Origin: Malacoraja senta
Taxonomy: Eukaryota
Direction: 5' to 3'
NCBI GenBank assembly: GCA_038087875.1
Contig: JAXLNO010000073.1
Location: forward strand, 310,001 to 374,000
DNA: 64,000 nt
Shown: positions 24,721-39,015 of the stretch, in pieces
Position numbering within the stretch: the stretch's first letter is position 1
How the letters are laid out: every line of letters begins with the position of its first letter
The notes under the pieces: model-generated
Told to the model about the DNA's origin: nothing
What the model saw: only the letters and a program-made list of their open reading frames with translations
Databases searched by the model: none
Made by a program: the position numbers and the translations under genes

Positions 24721-25086
24721 CCGAATACAACGGTGGACGCTGGACCAAGGGTCTGTAAGAAGGAACCAGTGGCCTGAACTTACACGCACTCAATGTTAGC
24801 TGAGGAAGGCATCACGGGGGCATGAATCTTGAAGATGGCCGAGCAAGGAGAGGGGCGACGGTTCGCAAGTCGACGATATGGAGGCGGCAGCTGCGACAGA
24901 TCGTGATGGCCAACAGAATTTGGTGTTTGAAAATGGCGGCAAAAACCCTTGCATATAGACTCAATGTGTCCATGTATTTTGTAATTATGCATGGGAATAA
25001 TCTCACTCATCTGTTAAAAAAAATAACTTCACTGTACCTTATTATACGTGATCAAAAATAAAGGATTCATTGATTGCCATTAATTG

Positions 25087-26132
25087 TAGGTATGTTACAA
25101 TTCTTACCTTCAGCGGCGCTGCAGTTCTGCCACTGGCCGTGTGCGCGACTTTGGCGCCTTTGAGGGTGTGGGGGGGGGGAGTGCGGGACTAAAATGCCGT
25201 TTTCTCCTGCCTGTCGGAGTCGATCTTTCTAAGGCTGTTAATTTGCTGAAGAATAATCGATCCGACGCGTTCTCGGAAGTTTAAAAAAAAATCGCGGGAC
25301 AATTTAATCCCTGGAGTAAAATAAAAAAGCTACTTCTAACGCCGGCAACGCCGACAACGGGACGGATCTCACGTAGGGGACAAACCATAAGGTAAGTCGT
25401 TTATTTTACATATAAACTTGTTTCTTAGGATTATTTTAATCCAAATTTCATTGGCGAAAATGTGATTATGGCCCCATACGAACCGGAAGTGTTTTTCCTG
25501 CCGATATGGGGTTCAAATTCACCGCAAATGGCAACGTTCCAAACGATCGCGTTCCACAAAATCTCATTCGCAAGATGATTTAAATGCCCATTAATTTACG
25601 GGAATTAAACATTAAATTCCTTCCATTTGGCCTATAAATTCATGACAATGAGATTTAAAAAATCACGTTAAATTGTGAATTCTTGTGTAAATGTTATTTG
25701 GACAGGCTATTTAAAAATGTTAACCTTTTCTTAAGAAATTGATAGATGTTTAGATCTAGTAATTGAATTTTGTAATTAGCTACAATTAGGTAACTAACTA
25801 ATTATATGCTTTAATTTCAGGTCATCCAAGTAAGATTATTTCATATTTGTTTCAGAATGCTTCAATCTATAATAACTGAAAATTTCATTCAGTTCTCTTA
25901 ATTTTTAAGAAAGTTATGGACTTTTGACTGTCCTCGTTCACAGCTTTTGAGTTAAGTCAATGGAAAAGCAATAGGGAACACGATGCTAATTTCAGAGTAT
26001 GGCCATATCTTTTTTTAATGCTGAAGATATGAAAGTGAAATAGTTGTCAAATTAAACTTCTTTTTATGCTTTATCTGATGGGATAAATTGCAGACTTGAA
26101 TTTTTAAATCTAAAAATGTTGTAACATTGCTA
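25087..26132. mobile_element. MITE copy 2, same family as 20733-21773, opposite orientation
   Basis: Termini TAGGTATGTTACAA and TTGTAACATTGCTA, 7-bp TSD TTAATTG (25080-25086 and 26133-26139). The body is the reverse complement of copy 1. Confidence 0.92.
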
Positions 26133-26468
26133 TTAATTGTATATTCTCCGCTTACATTCAACTTCCCAAAGGATGGTGGAGGTTTTGTGAGTGATTGTTA
26201 GGTATCTCAGGCCCAAATTTATGTTCTACCATTATTGATCCTTCCTCAGAGAATCACCGCGCAATCAGGGAGAACCAGAAAGCAGGACACACACTGGAAG
26301 TAGCAGGATTACATTCCATTGCCATTGCTCTAACTAATTTACCAACGAATCACCATCACACTACAGGTATAGTTCATATAATTAAACTCTTGCTTACATT
26401 CAATCATGTCATTGAGAAATAATCAATGGTGTATTTAACCGAATGAAAGATGAACTTACTAAACTTAA

Positions 26469-29400
26469 ACTTCCGGTGGCGCCATGTTGGACTGAACAGG
26501 CGTTGCATTTAGCTCCGTGCCCGTATTCGGAGAATTTTCGCTTTAAAAATGGATTTGGAAGTCGGGTCCGTGTGTAATAACTTACCGGAGCTGCTTGTCG
26601 CGGTGCTGATGACGTCATCAGAAATCGCCGCGAAAATAACGGAGGTTTAAGCTATTTTTAAATGACAAGAACGACTACCTGTCAGAGCCCTCAGAGATCT
26701 GTCTCCAAGCAACTTTTGAAAATACAGTCACTACCTGAAAAAATTCAAGAACCTGAAGAAGTAACTGCTGAACTTCGAGAACTTGAAGAAGTATCTGCTG
26801 AATTAGCTCTGAAAATGACTACAAGATCAAAGGCTGAAATGGCTGAAAAAGTTTTAAAGGACAAAGAAATGGAGGAAATCAAGTTATCGGTGACTTAAAA
26901 AATGAACTTTTGGCAGCTAATAAAAGTATGATGGAGAGCATGGAGAGCATGGTGCAGAACATGAACGTCGAGAATCAGAAAGTTATTGATTCAATCGGTA
27001 ATATAAATAAACGAATAGACGATGTTCATGGTGAATTATCTTTGAAAATTGATAAGGTTGAAACAGACTGTACTAGTAAGTTTGATGTGGTCCACCAAAC
27101 TGTTAAAACATGTTGTACTACCATGAAAGATATGGAAATAGCAATGTTACAAATGGCTGAAGAAATGCAGAAAATTAAGAAGAATTATGAAGATGTCGTG
27201 GGTCAGCTGACCAAAACGTCGGATAAATGCCTTGACTTGGAAGCAAGGCCAAGACGGCAGAATGTAAGAATAGTTGGAGTGGCAGAAGGGGAAGAGGGGA
27301 ACGATCCCCAAGAGTACACTGCTAACTTACTTAAAAATATACTCGACCTGCCAGCTAAACCGAAAATTGAAGTGGCACGCCGGGCGAATCGGCCAAAATT
27401 AAGGGCACAAATAAGAGGTGCTCCCCCACGACAGATCATTGTGAAATTTCGGGACATTTCAGCTTTAGAAGAGGCCATAAGAAAAGTACAATATGGGAAG
27501 ATTATGAAGTTTGGGACGAACACTATCAGACTTTTTAGAGACTATCCTTATGAAATTGCTAAAAAACGAGAAGCGTTTAAAAATACACAATAGATCTTGA
27601 AAGGGCACAGGGAAATCAGATATGGAATAATTTATCCTGCCAAGATGATCATTACTTATAAGAATACCGAACGCAAATTTACTGATCCAGAAGCTGCATA
27701 CAAATATGCTCAAGACATTGTAAAAGAAATAGAGGCTTAAGCAAAACATCACATCCTCAAGGCAAGGTTTTTATCCTACAGACAACGGCTGAGGGAAGGT
27801 CGATAGAAATAACTTTATAAACTCTTTAAAAAAAGGATTAAGATGGTGCAGCTTCTCCATGTGCAGCTGTCTAGACTCTCTTATCTCCTCAAGGACAAAT
27901 TCGGCTTCAACATGAGCGAAAGATGGAATAACAAGGGTGTGGCTGAATGAGCAACCTAACGAAGATGGATGGGGGGGGAATCCGGAATGAAAGACTGTTA
28001 AAATGCTATCCTTACACTAATTCCATACTAACACAAAAACTACTGAACTAATATAGTTATAGTAATTAATGTTATTGAAATTAATACATTAACAGTAATG
28101 ATTTAAAATTGAATTGCTTAACTGATAAAATGTAATAGTTCATTGCAAGGATTGACCCCCCCCCCCTGGTAGGGGAGGAGGGGGGCTAAATATAAGTAAA
28201 TAGATTTACAACAGACTAACAAATTAATTTAGAAATTATGATAAGCTGTAGTTCAAATTTTGTGCTGAAGGAGGTGAGGAGATTCAGAATCTTGGCAAAT
28301 AGCCAGGTGCCTGAATCGGGTTAATCCCTTCCAACCAAAGGCAGTTTAGTATGGAGGAAGAAAATGTAATAATTGTTAACATAAGTAAATGGTAGATAAG
28401 CTAGGAGATTAGAGAAGATTTATTTAAATATAAAGATATGGTAGATACGGTAAGGCTGACACATAAAATTTGGCTTTGAATGGGTCCCAACTCCCTTTTG
28501 TAAGATTATTCAAGGGGATGGAGCTAAATGTAGATTAACAACTACGGAAGTCATTAATTGTGGAACTACCACCATTAGGTGGATAATTGGCCACAGTGTC
28601 GTCATTTTTAGACACTGTAATCTCACTCTTTTGATTTTTTTTAAATGTCACAATAATGTACACTTTTTTGTTTTTTTACTTAAGGACAATTTTGAGAGGG
28701 ATGTAATAATTGAATTTAATATTGCAAATGCTCGCCCAACAGCCAGAGACCTAAGGTATTGTTTGCACCACATGTTTAAAGGGTAGTAAATAATTTAAAA
28801 TGCAAGACGATATACAAAAGAAATTTGGAGGATTCACATTCTGTAGTTGGAATATTAGGGGTGCTAATGAACCAATTAAAAGGGGTAAGATTTTTGCACA
28901 ATTGAAGTCACTCAATTCGGACATAATATTCCTACAAGAAACTCACTTGAAACTGCAAGCTCAAGCCAGATTGAAGGCAAACTGGATAGGCCAAACATAT
29001 CAATCTTCATATATTTCCAAAGCTAGAGGCACAGCAATCATTATTCGAAAAGGTATACCATTTAAATCGAAGAAGTGAAATTACTAGAAAATATAAGTCT
29101 CTATTTAATGCAAACTATATGCCCTTACTCAATAAAGTAAACACACTGATTAAATTCTGGAAAACCCTCCCGATGTCTCTTATAGGCCGAATAAATGCTA
29201 TAAAAATGATCTTTTTACCACAAATTTTATATCTAGTCCAGTCAATACCGATATACTTACCCAAATTATTTTTTTTAATTGGATGCTGATATTACAAATG
29301 TTATATGGGACTATAAATCCCACAGAATCCAAAGAAAACATTTGTGTAAACCTAAGGAATTTGGTGGATTATCACTCCCCAATTTTTTATATTATTATTG

Positions 29401-30866
29401 GGCCACAAATGTCAAAATATGATTGACCTGTTGGACAATTCGGCCCAGCAGGTGGATTGGATAGTAATGGAGAGAGAGGACTGCTCCCCTTTTAACATAG
29501 GAGCGATCCTTCTCTCACCAACAAAAATAAAGAATACAATATATAGTAAAAATCCAATTATTCACAGTACAATTAGAACTTGGAAACAAATAAAATTAAC
29601 GTTAAAATTAAGAAATCTATCACTTCTTTTACCTATAATGAATAACCCTTCGTTTACACCCTCTATGATAGATAGAGCTTTTATAAATTGGGAAAGAGTA
29701 GGAATTAAAACGTTTGGAGATATGTATGATAATGGACGTTTTTTTAAACATTTTACCAATTACAACTTAAATACAACTTGAATAATAATCAATATTTTAA
29801 ATATTTCCAACTACGTGACTATTTGAAAAAGTATACACGGGAATATCAAAATATGTCTGCTGACTTATTAGATGGGATAATGAATATAAAAGCGGAATCA
29901 GCTAATTTAATATCATACCTATATAATTCCATTTTAAATATAGAAATTCCATCATCGGACGGGATCAGAAGAGAATGGGAACAGGAATTGGCTATAAAAA
30001 TCTCGAAAGAGAGTTGGGATAAACATCTATTATATGTGCATAAATGTTCGATTAACGTAAGACATACTCTGATTCAATTTAAAATTTTACATAGATTATA
30101 TTATTCAAAAGCTAAATTAAGTAAATTTTACTCAAATACCTCTGCAAACTGTGATAAATGCCTAGTCCAAGAATCAACTATAGCACATTCTTTTGTTTTT
30201 TGTATAAAATTTCAAAAATTTTGGAATTAAATTTTAGAAATTTTCACTAAATTATTTAAAATAAAACTGAAACCGAATGCAGAACTGATTATTTTTGGAA
30301 CAATAGAAGCAAGTTTGGAGCTGACTTCGTTTCAAAGGAGTTTTCTTAGTTATGGCTTAATAACGGCAAAAAAATTAATACTGAAATTTTGGAAAAATGC
30401 TCCTACGCCAACAATAAAAATGTGGACTTCTAATATGTCGGAATTGTTACATCTAGAAGATATGAGATTCCTCCTAGCAGGTAAACAAGACCAATTCCAA
30501 AATATTTGGTCTCCATATATCGACTTATTACAAACATAGGGTGCAACAAAATGTTGATAATAAATGGTTTTAGGACCTGGCGAGGGGTGAGTAAAGATAA
30601 GAAGGAGGTACATCCCTTTCATATTGTCCTATCTTATTTTCTTTTTTCTCTTTTTTTCTTTTCTTCTTGTGGTTCAGGTTCACATGTGTGTTCCTGGGCC
30701 ACTTTTTCATTCACTCACTGACTGTCCTTGCTAGCTCTTTCTATTCTTTTTTTCTATTAAAGTTGAAAAACAGAAGTGGTACAAGAACTGTATAAATTTA
30801 TGTTATTGCAGATTACTGTAATGTAAAATACTTCTAATAATTTTTTTTTTTTAAATAATAAAAAAA
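26469..30866 (+). mobile_element. L1-clade LINE with both ends intact but most of EN and the whole RT core deleted
   Basis: ORF1 26662-27740 (LEAR.RRQNVRIVGV.EG, RLFRDY). ~1-kb inter-ORF spacer. ORF2 start SWNIRG...FLQETHL joined at ~29075 to post-RT sequence. 3' UTR and A tail present. AAACTTAAACT occurs at both 26461 and 30864 (TSD). Confidence 0.92.
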
Positions 30867-30974
30867 CTTAAACTAAACAAACTAATAACAATCAGAAATT
30901 ATGGACGAATAATCAGATGGATATTAATCCAGATATCGCATTGACAGTAGTTGCATTGACAGTATCGCATTGAC

Positions 30975-31373
30975 ACTTCACACCCACCATCCCACTCCAC
31001 ACACATCACCCACACGCCCACCACCACTCCACACACCCACTCCACCCCATACATTCACCACCCCACACATACTACCACCCCACCCCACACACGCACTCCA
31101 CCCCACACATACCACCACCCCACCTCACACTACACCGTCTCACATACATCAACCACAGGCCCACCACCACTCCACACGCCCACTCCACCCCACACACTCC
31201 CCACACTACTCACTTCACACACACATAATCCCACATACATGCCCGCCACCACACCCATATACCCACTCCACGCCCCCACACACACACTCACCTCCCCCAC
31301 ACACACAATCCCACATCCACCACACTCACATAACTACTTCACCCCCCACACTCACCACCCCACACACAATCAC

Positions 31374-31471
<98 letters not shown>

Positions 31472-31565
31472 ATGCCACAGCCACCAGACGCCCATACCCA
31501 TTCCACCCACCGCTCCCCCCCGCACACACACACAACCCCACTCCCGCCACGCACTACCCCACAGG
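30975..31565. repeat. CA-rich low-complexity tract with (CA)n microsatellite core (~31376-31470)
   Basis: Read directly. Confidence 0.95.
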
Positions 31566-32416
31566 CACAAGTGCCAGGTATTTGAAACGATGTTCAGAGA
31601 GATATTTTTACCTCACGGAGATGGTGGATAGAACAGACCATTGTATTATACGCCTTATGGTAAGTCGCGGGAAATTTGATCACCCGGGAAAACGGACGTA
31701 GACACAGCATCAGGACGAAACTCCCACCTAAGGCAGTGACGGGATGTGTGCATTCAGCAGCAAGAGTGAGAGGATGAGACAGGAGCTCAGTCAGACCCAC
31801 GAGGTGGGGATGTAATCCGTAAACCAATCAGAGAGAATATGTTTAATTTTACCCTGATCTGACACTTGCAATGAACGACTGCATGCGAATCGGCTCCTAT
31901 TTTTGACCTCATGCTTTCCACTCCGTATCGACAGAGGATATTTGGATCGAGTTCAGTCGCATTGGTGCTCAAACCGAATGACTGAGCATTTTATATTTAG
32001 CAACAAACTGTTGGGATTCTCATTTCGAAAGAATGCGACCTGATTTACCATTGGGCATTCACTGGTCTGACCATGTTAATGGAGCGAGTCTGTGAAGAGA
32101 CGGACCTGAGTCAGTGTGACAGCAGCGCCGGCGTAATCCCACTCAACAAAGAGAGGCAGCGGCAGACAGACCGCTCCCCCTCGTGGCTGCCGCGTGGAAT
32201 GGCAGCTCTGCGTCGGCAGTGGCTGGGGCAGCGAGCGGTTTGGTGGGGCAGTTTGGTGGGGCAGTTTGGTGGGGCAGAAGAAGAGATCCTCTTGTCGGAA
32301 TTGGAAGACATACCAGGGTCACAAATGTCATCTGTGGATCAGGTCACTGAGGATCCAAAGCGTGTCGGGGAGTGAGGGGGGAGGGTGAGCAGATGGGATG
32401 GAGAGTGCACGGATTT

Positions 32417-34499
32417 CTAGACCCCGCGGCGCTGAATACATTTTACAATCAGAGTAAAGGGCGATTTCACCACTTCTTTGAACTGCTGCCTGAACTTAGT
32501 CTGGGTGACGGCGTAAAGAGCAGTGTTTGTTCAGCAACTCAGGGTCTGCATCATGGCGGCCAGTTCGCCAATGATGGAATCCGGATAGTCCCAGCTACGA
32601 ATTAATCCAGCCAGTCTGAACCACACAACATGTATCGCACGGAGCGCCCACAACAGGATGAAATTCCCCGAGATGACCAGCAGTAAAATGAGAGATTTCC
32701 TGCGGCTCTCCATCTCCGGGTCTCTGCCACTCTCCCCACTGCTGGGACCCCGGAGTCTGCTGCGGGCTCTGCTCGCCACTAACACGTATCTGATGGTCGA
32801 AGTGTTGAATAAAACAATGAGGACAAATGGGATCGCGGGGGTGATGAGATATTGGAGAAACTCCCCGATTCCCCAGACCAGTGAGTTACGAACAACGACA
32901 CTGACCCCACAAAACCAGGGGGCATTAAATAGCAAGTACCGATCGCCCAACATAAAATACCAGAACGTGTTCTTTAAACAGCTCAGTACGGTCACTGTCC
33001 CTAGAACCACAGCCGCTGTTCTCTCGGTGCAATATTTTGGTTTCAGCTTCTGGCAACAAATGGCCACAAATCGATCAAAGGTGAAGGTGACGGTGAACCA
33101 GACAGAACAGTCGGTGACGGCGTAAAGCAAGACGGCGTGGATATTACACACTGGGACGTAGTACAGGAACTGAAATGCTTCAAAGTAAGCAATGGGAATC
33201 TGCCTCAGTATCAGGTCCAGAATAATGACCAGTAGATCGGCCGTTGCCATGGCGATCAGGTAGCGAGTGACACTGTGGAGAGACCGCACTTTCCCCGGGA
33301 CAGGACCACAATCGTCAGCGCGTTCACTGTGAAGAGGGAAGTAAACAGAGACATGACAGCGGACGAATCAAACTCGGCAGATTCATCAAGCGGCAAATCA
33401 AATGCACAATCCTGTTCTGGGATTCAGAGCTGTAAACGATTTTCTAACAAAGTTATCTACAAGTGATAATTACCGAAATCAATTAGTGATGATAAAATAA
33501 ACTCATCAACTCGACTATTGAACAGATGAGAAGCTGCTGTTACGAGGGTTCGGATAAAGAATCTGACCGGTTTCTGGCCATTGCTTACTACACCATGGGA
33601 GTTTAGATCAGAGGTTCATTGTGAATCTGGTTCATTGTGGGCTGGAGAACCAACACTCGTCCTGCACTTTATGCAGGGACGTTGCGTTAGTGTGAATCAA
33701 TCAGCCCAGGGTTCTCCATCTATTCATGGCCCAATGCGCCAGTGTCAGTCTGTTGGGGACAGAAATGGTTCCGATACGGAGCATTACGCAGACACAGTGA
33801 CATTGGGCGAAACTGGGCCAGATCCCACCAGGAACCGTTCGCTTCAGTCGCACCTGGGTGGAGGAGGGATGCAAAGGAAAGCGTGTCAGTATCTCAAGAT
33901 TGAATTTATCCAGTAAAACATGTAAAACAAGTAAAACTCCTCTAAAATCAGATTATTGTTTGCAGCGGACAGTTTCGACAGCTGCCTATAGATCGCCAGG
34001 CGCACGGCAGCAGTGAATTACAGCAGGAGAATGAATTACAGGAACTGGAAAGGCGTTAACGATTGTTTCCCGTTTTAATAACATTAACTGTGGACATGGT
34101 AGCAATGTAAAAATAACACGTATAAAGGGTAAGCACCACGCTGATGAATAGCGTGAAACGTTTGATCCCCACAATCAGACAACATCAGCACATTACCCGT
34201 TACTCAGTCGAAGATTCCTTAAATAGAACACGTCATGGATTGTCCGAGCTACAGACATTTATACCGGATCCCGTAACCGCCGCTTCTCACCTGTTGTTGC
34301 TCGGGAATTTAGACAGAGACTTACCTGGAAGAGCAACAAGAGCTAGGATGGGATAAAAGACAAGCTCAATATTCATGATTAACATATAGATCCGAACACT
34401 TAAGCTGTATCCAGACCCAAACATATCGTCTGCCGAATAGAACATACTCTTCTCCATCGCGGTAACTTCCCAGTCTACCGTTTTCAGAGACCGATCCAT
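32417..34499 (-). pseudogene. GPR139/GPR142-like class A GPCR paralogue 1: exon 1 34499-34325, exon 2 33326-32417; frameshift and nonsense codon
   Basis: Exon 1 MDRSLK...FYPILALVALP with CAG|GTAAGT. Acceptor TTCCCTCTTCACAG| precedes VNALTIVVLSRGKCGLS. Motifs YLIAMATADLL, FTFDRFVAIC and EMESRRKS. A 1-nt deletion at ~33273 and TGA at 32531-32533 in LSC*TNT disrupt it. Confidence 0.88.
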
Positions 34500-35349
34500 T
34501 TGTGTAACACCGCACTCACTGTTCCTCGATTGCACTCGGTGACAATCACTTCACTCTCTAATATTCTCGGATTCCTAAACATCCATCTAACATCCCACTT
34601 TATTGTTCACAGATTCCGAATGGTTTTCTCCGTCTGTGGAGCTGTTGCTCTGTGTCGGTGACGGACGGGATGCTCTCACTGACACTCTCATATCCCATCA
34701 ACAGGAATCGTTTTTATTGGAACTGGGAAACCTCCGGGGACACAACCGGGCTCCGTGCGGACTGACGTTAATTACACTCACTGAACAAACAACTACTGTT
34801 AACTCGTTTGTGTCCGGGCACAAAGTGCCTCACGGAAAGGGTCCCAGTCATCATGGGTGATGATAGCCATTATTTATGTTCTGTCGAGTGGACTGTTAGT
34901 GCAGGGGAGCAATCTACAGGCCTGATAGAATCCGCACCATCTCTCCGCAATCCCAATAATCGCGAGCAGTAATCTGAAATCGGATTGTTCAGATTAATCG
35001 TTTCCATTGACGAGTGCATGGAACTGGAATGTCGGGAACCTTGAATCATTTAATCTGACATCTTGATATGGAGGACAGGCATTAGAAAATTAGACAAACG
35101 GACAGGCACCATGAGTTATCTTTATATAAGGGATTTGGAGCCCAGCCAACAATTCTGTAATAAAGGCATCCATCTGATCGCTTTTAAAATATTGTCCTCT
35201 TACCTTAAACCGATGTCCTGTTGAAGATGATATTCCGACCATGGACAAAAAGTCGATCTCTGCTCTCCGTCCCTCGTATCCTGATACATTTCTTTCAGGT
35301 GACTTCTCAACGTCCATGGCTGTAGGGAAGATGTCACGTTCTCCAATCT

Positions 35350-36110
35350 CAAGAGTCAGGAGTGTTTAAGTGTCATTTGTACAGAGAACTCAACAATATT
35401 TGTTTCTTGTAACAGCGTAACACATCGGTGAAGACAGCGCACACAGATAACACAAAGAACAAAAGAAAGTTCAATAAGCTAAAATAATCAATATTTGAGC
35501 AAATCCAAAGCTGGAAGTCTCAAGCACAAGCAACACTTTTTGTGGTTCATAGTTTAGTAAGTGTTTGTGGTGGTCAAGAGCCCGGTTGTTATGGAAAGAA
35601 ACTGTTCCTGAAACGGAGGTTAGCACAGTTTGCAGACTCCGATATTCTTTCTCGGAGTTTGGAAGGAAACAAGACCATGGACAGGGTGGTGAGGGTTCCA
35701 GATGATTGCTGGTTGCCATTTCATGACACTGTCTCTTGCAGATCCATTAGATGGTGGATAGTTCAGGTGATGGATAGGACCGGTCGATGGCCACCACGTT
35801 TTTTAATCTCCTACATTCCTGGGCTTTCGAAGTGCCGAAACAGGCCCTGTGGCAATCATCGAATATGGTCTCTACCTTAGACCTGTAGAACATCGAGAGA
35901 ACATTCGTCACCACACAGATGACCTTTCTGGTCTAACAAAGTAATATCGGTGGAGTTTCTTTATGATTCCATGAATTTGCTGGGTCCACGACAGATCGTC
36001 AGAAATATGCACGGCAAGGAACATAGAGTTGTTGACTCTATCCACCATAGAACCGTCGATGAAGGCAGGTTAATCGATTCTCGGCCTTCTTCTTCTAAAA
36101 TCAGCAATAT
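35350..36110 (-). mobile_element. Degenerate Rex1/Babar-like LINE RT C-terminus and 3' UTR
   Basis: Minus-strand translation DGSMVDRVNNSMFLAVHISDDLSWTQQIHGIIKK resembles the Rex1 VE.V...KFLGVHI.DDL.W motif. Confidence 0.6.
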
Positions 36111-36395
36111 ACCGCATCGCAGCCACTTGCCCGTGGGAAACAAATTGACGAAGAGCGTGTGAGGTGTCTTGGATTGGACCAGGGGGATAGGATGGAGTCC
36201 AGATATGTGGAAATTAATTCAGTGGGGCATGAACACGCTGAAACAATGGGTCTACCAGGACAGTCAGAAGAAGCACGTAATGACTGGGTGGCCAATGCTG
36301 TGCCTCTTTTCAAGAAGGGCTGTAGGGAAAATACGGGGAACTATAGGCCCGTAAGCTTAACATCTGTAGTTGGTAAGTTGCTGGAGAGTATTCTG
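36111..36395. mobile_element. Adjacent short Penelope RT (minus) and CR1 RT (plus) fragments
   Basis: CPGRPIVSACSCPTELISTYLDSILSP on the minus strand and ANAVPLFKKG.RE..GNYRPVSLTSVVGKLLE on the plus strand. Confidence 0.75.
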
Positions 36396-37111
36396 TGGGT
36401 ACCCGGACGTGGCGCCGACAGACAAGAAGCCGAAGCAAAGAAGTCGAAGCCAAAGAACCGAATAGAAACTAGCCGAAACGCCAATGAACCGAAATAGTCC
36501 GAAGACGAAACGCCTACTAACCGAAAGGATGGGACGCCTAAATGCAAACTAACCGAAAGGGACGCCTAAAAGCCAGCGAACCGAAAGGCTGCGTCGCCTA
36601 AAACCGAACTTACCGAATGGCCGCTCTGTCGAAACGCCAACTACCCGAAAGGCGGCGGCGCCTACAAGCCAAAGGACCAACTGCCTCTCAACAGAAACGT
36701 CCAATAACGGACTTGACGTTGCCGGGGGGCGGGACTTGTCAGCGATTGGTCCAGACCCCCACGTCCATCACATCACTGTGAAGGCATGAACAGTGTCCCA
36801 AACCTCTGCTCCACCCGACCCGCAGCCCGCGGAGGGTGGCCGTGGGAGAGTGGAGGCTGTCCCGAGGGATGCACACGTTCGGCCGCTTTCAACTTGGTGC
36901 TTGGGTTCAGACTGCCCAGTCACCTATGTAAGAACGATTTATACATGCAATATATTATATACATTTTTACATGGTTAATTAACTGGTGCATATCATGTAT
37001 TTGTATCATGTGATTGTATCATGTGATTTTCTGAAGGACGGTCTCTACCCGCAACGTGACCCATTCCTTCTATTCATAGATGCTGCCTGCCCCGCTGAGT
37101 TACTCCACTGG

Positions 37112-37820
37112 GTTCAGCTGTCAGATGAAGAAGGCGAGAGGCCGCCATTGACCGTCGAAACACTGCTCCAGGACCCCGCCGACTGCGGAGTCCGAGGCAT
37201 CCACGGTAAGAGCTGTGGGGGCGCCTGTTCGCGGGTGCACCAGCATAACCGCCCCAGCCAGGGCATCCTTTGCCCTTCGAACGCAACGACGGTGTCCAAA
37301 TGGACCTTCCGCTGCTTGCCAGTTGGAACAGCGGCCGTATGACCTTAGCCGCCGCTGGGACGAACCGGTGGTCAAGAAGGAGGCAAAACCCTAACCTCTG
37401 CTCCAGTGTCCACCAGGAACCTACGTCCCGAGCGCCGGACCCAGGCTTACAAACGATGGATTTCGCCGGCCACCGCGGTGCCTACCGGCGGCCGGCTCTG
37501 GAGTTTCCCTGAACGGATACGGTTATCGACAATGGCCGCTGCCCCCCAGCGTTGTTGGTAAAATCACCACATCCTTCTCTCCTGTGCCACCTGTCTGGGT
37601 TGTGGCTCTCGTGGGCGTGGGCCTCTTGTGAGCGTGGTCCTGGGTTGCTGGGCCTTCCAGGGCGTTGAATCAATCCGGTCCAGCGACTCCAGCCGTTCCA
37701 GGTATTCCAGTCCCTGGTGGGACAGCCACCGCTCGTCGGCGCGCATCGCTAGTCTGAGCCGATCCTCAAAACTCTCCACCGTGCGGATGTCGGCGGATGT
37801 CACGTGGCAACTGCTGCAGG
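37112..37820 (-). mobile_element. Internally deleted Ty3/Gypsy gag-protease-RNase H fragment
   Basis: Gag-like DIR...LAMRAD, protease RRFLVDTGAEV (~37395-37430), RNase H VDASDSAVGGVLEQ...WRPLAF. The RT core is absent. Confidence 0.75.
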
Positions 37821-37982
37821 TAGGTAAGTTCAAATAGAAGGCAGAGTAAAATAACAAACACAGAATGCTGGAGGAACTCCGCGGGCTAGACGGCATCTGT
37901 GGAGGGAATGTGTTAGGAGTTGTTTCGGGCCAGGATTCTTCTTCAATAGGAAGGAACTGGTGATGCAGTTGTCTTTGCAAAC

Positions 37983-38198
<216 letters not shown>

Positions 38199-39015
38199 CC
38201 GTGGTAGATCAACGCTTACAAAAATAATCCGCTCTGTGATCTTTGGCGGTCCAAAAGCGGCGAAGGGAAATTAAACCCCCACCCCACCCTCCCGTCTGCC
38301 CTGGACAGTGATGTGATGGACGCGGGGGTCTGCACCAATCGCTGAGAAGGTCTCGGACGTCATGTCCATTATTTGTCTTCCGACGTGTTCGGTTAGTTGG
38401 CTTTTCGGCGTCGCGTCCGTTAGGTTATTTGGTTTTTCGGCGTCTCGCCCGTTCGGTTATTTCGCTTTTCGGCGCTGCATCCCTTCGGTTATTTTGCTTT
38501 TCGGCGTCGCGTCCGTTCGGTTATTTGGCTTTTCGGCGTCTATTCCGTTCGGTATCTTGGCTTCCACTTCTTCGCTTCGGCTTCTCGTACTTCGACGCCC
38601 CGTTCGGGTACCGGTTAAACCTGCATCTGCAATTCCTTCCCGCACACTTGGACAGATATATTGACAGGAACGGTTTGGATGGATATGGACCAAACACGGG
38701 CAGGTGGCGCTCGTGTACATGGAGCAGCATGGTCGGCATGTGTAACTTGGGGTGAGGTGTCAGTTTCCGTGATCAATGACTTTATGGCAAACATGAAATG
38801 ATTAATTTGTCACGTACCTAAGCGGCGACGGGAGGGGACCGGCTGACGATTGATCAGCAGCTCTCCCAGCGGTCACAACATTACCCATCAGTCCATATGA
38901 AGATAACATGATAAGAATGGTCCCATTGAGAACTTTAAGTGGAGATGGTCAACAGAACGGATAAATTATCAGAATTAGAGGAACACAGCGATCCAGTCAA
39001 AGTAAAGAAACGTAT

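Noticed and set aside
30970..31701. 243-aa His/Thr/Pro-rich ORF and overlapping Cys/Val ORFs
   Set aside because: They are translations of the CA-rich low-complexity tract and microsatellite, with no coding evidence.
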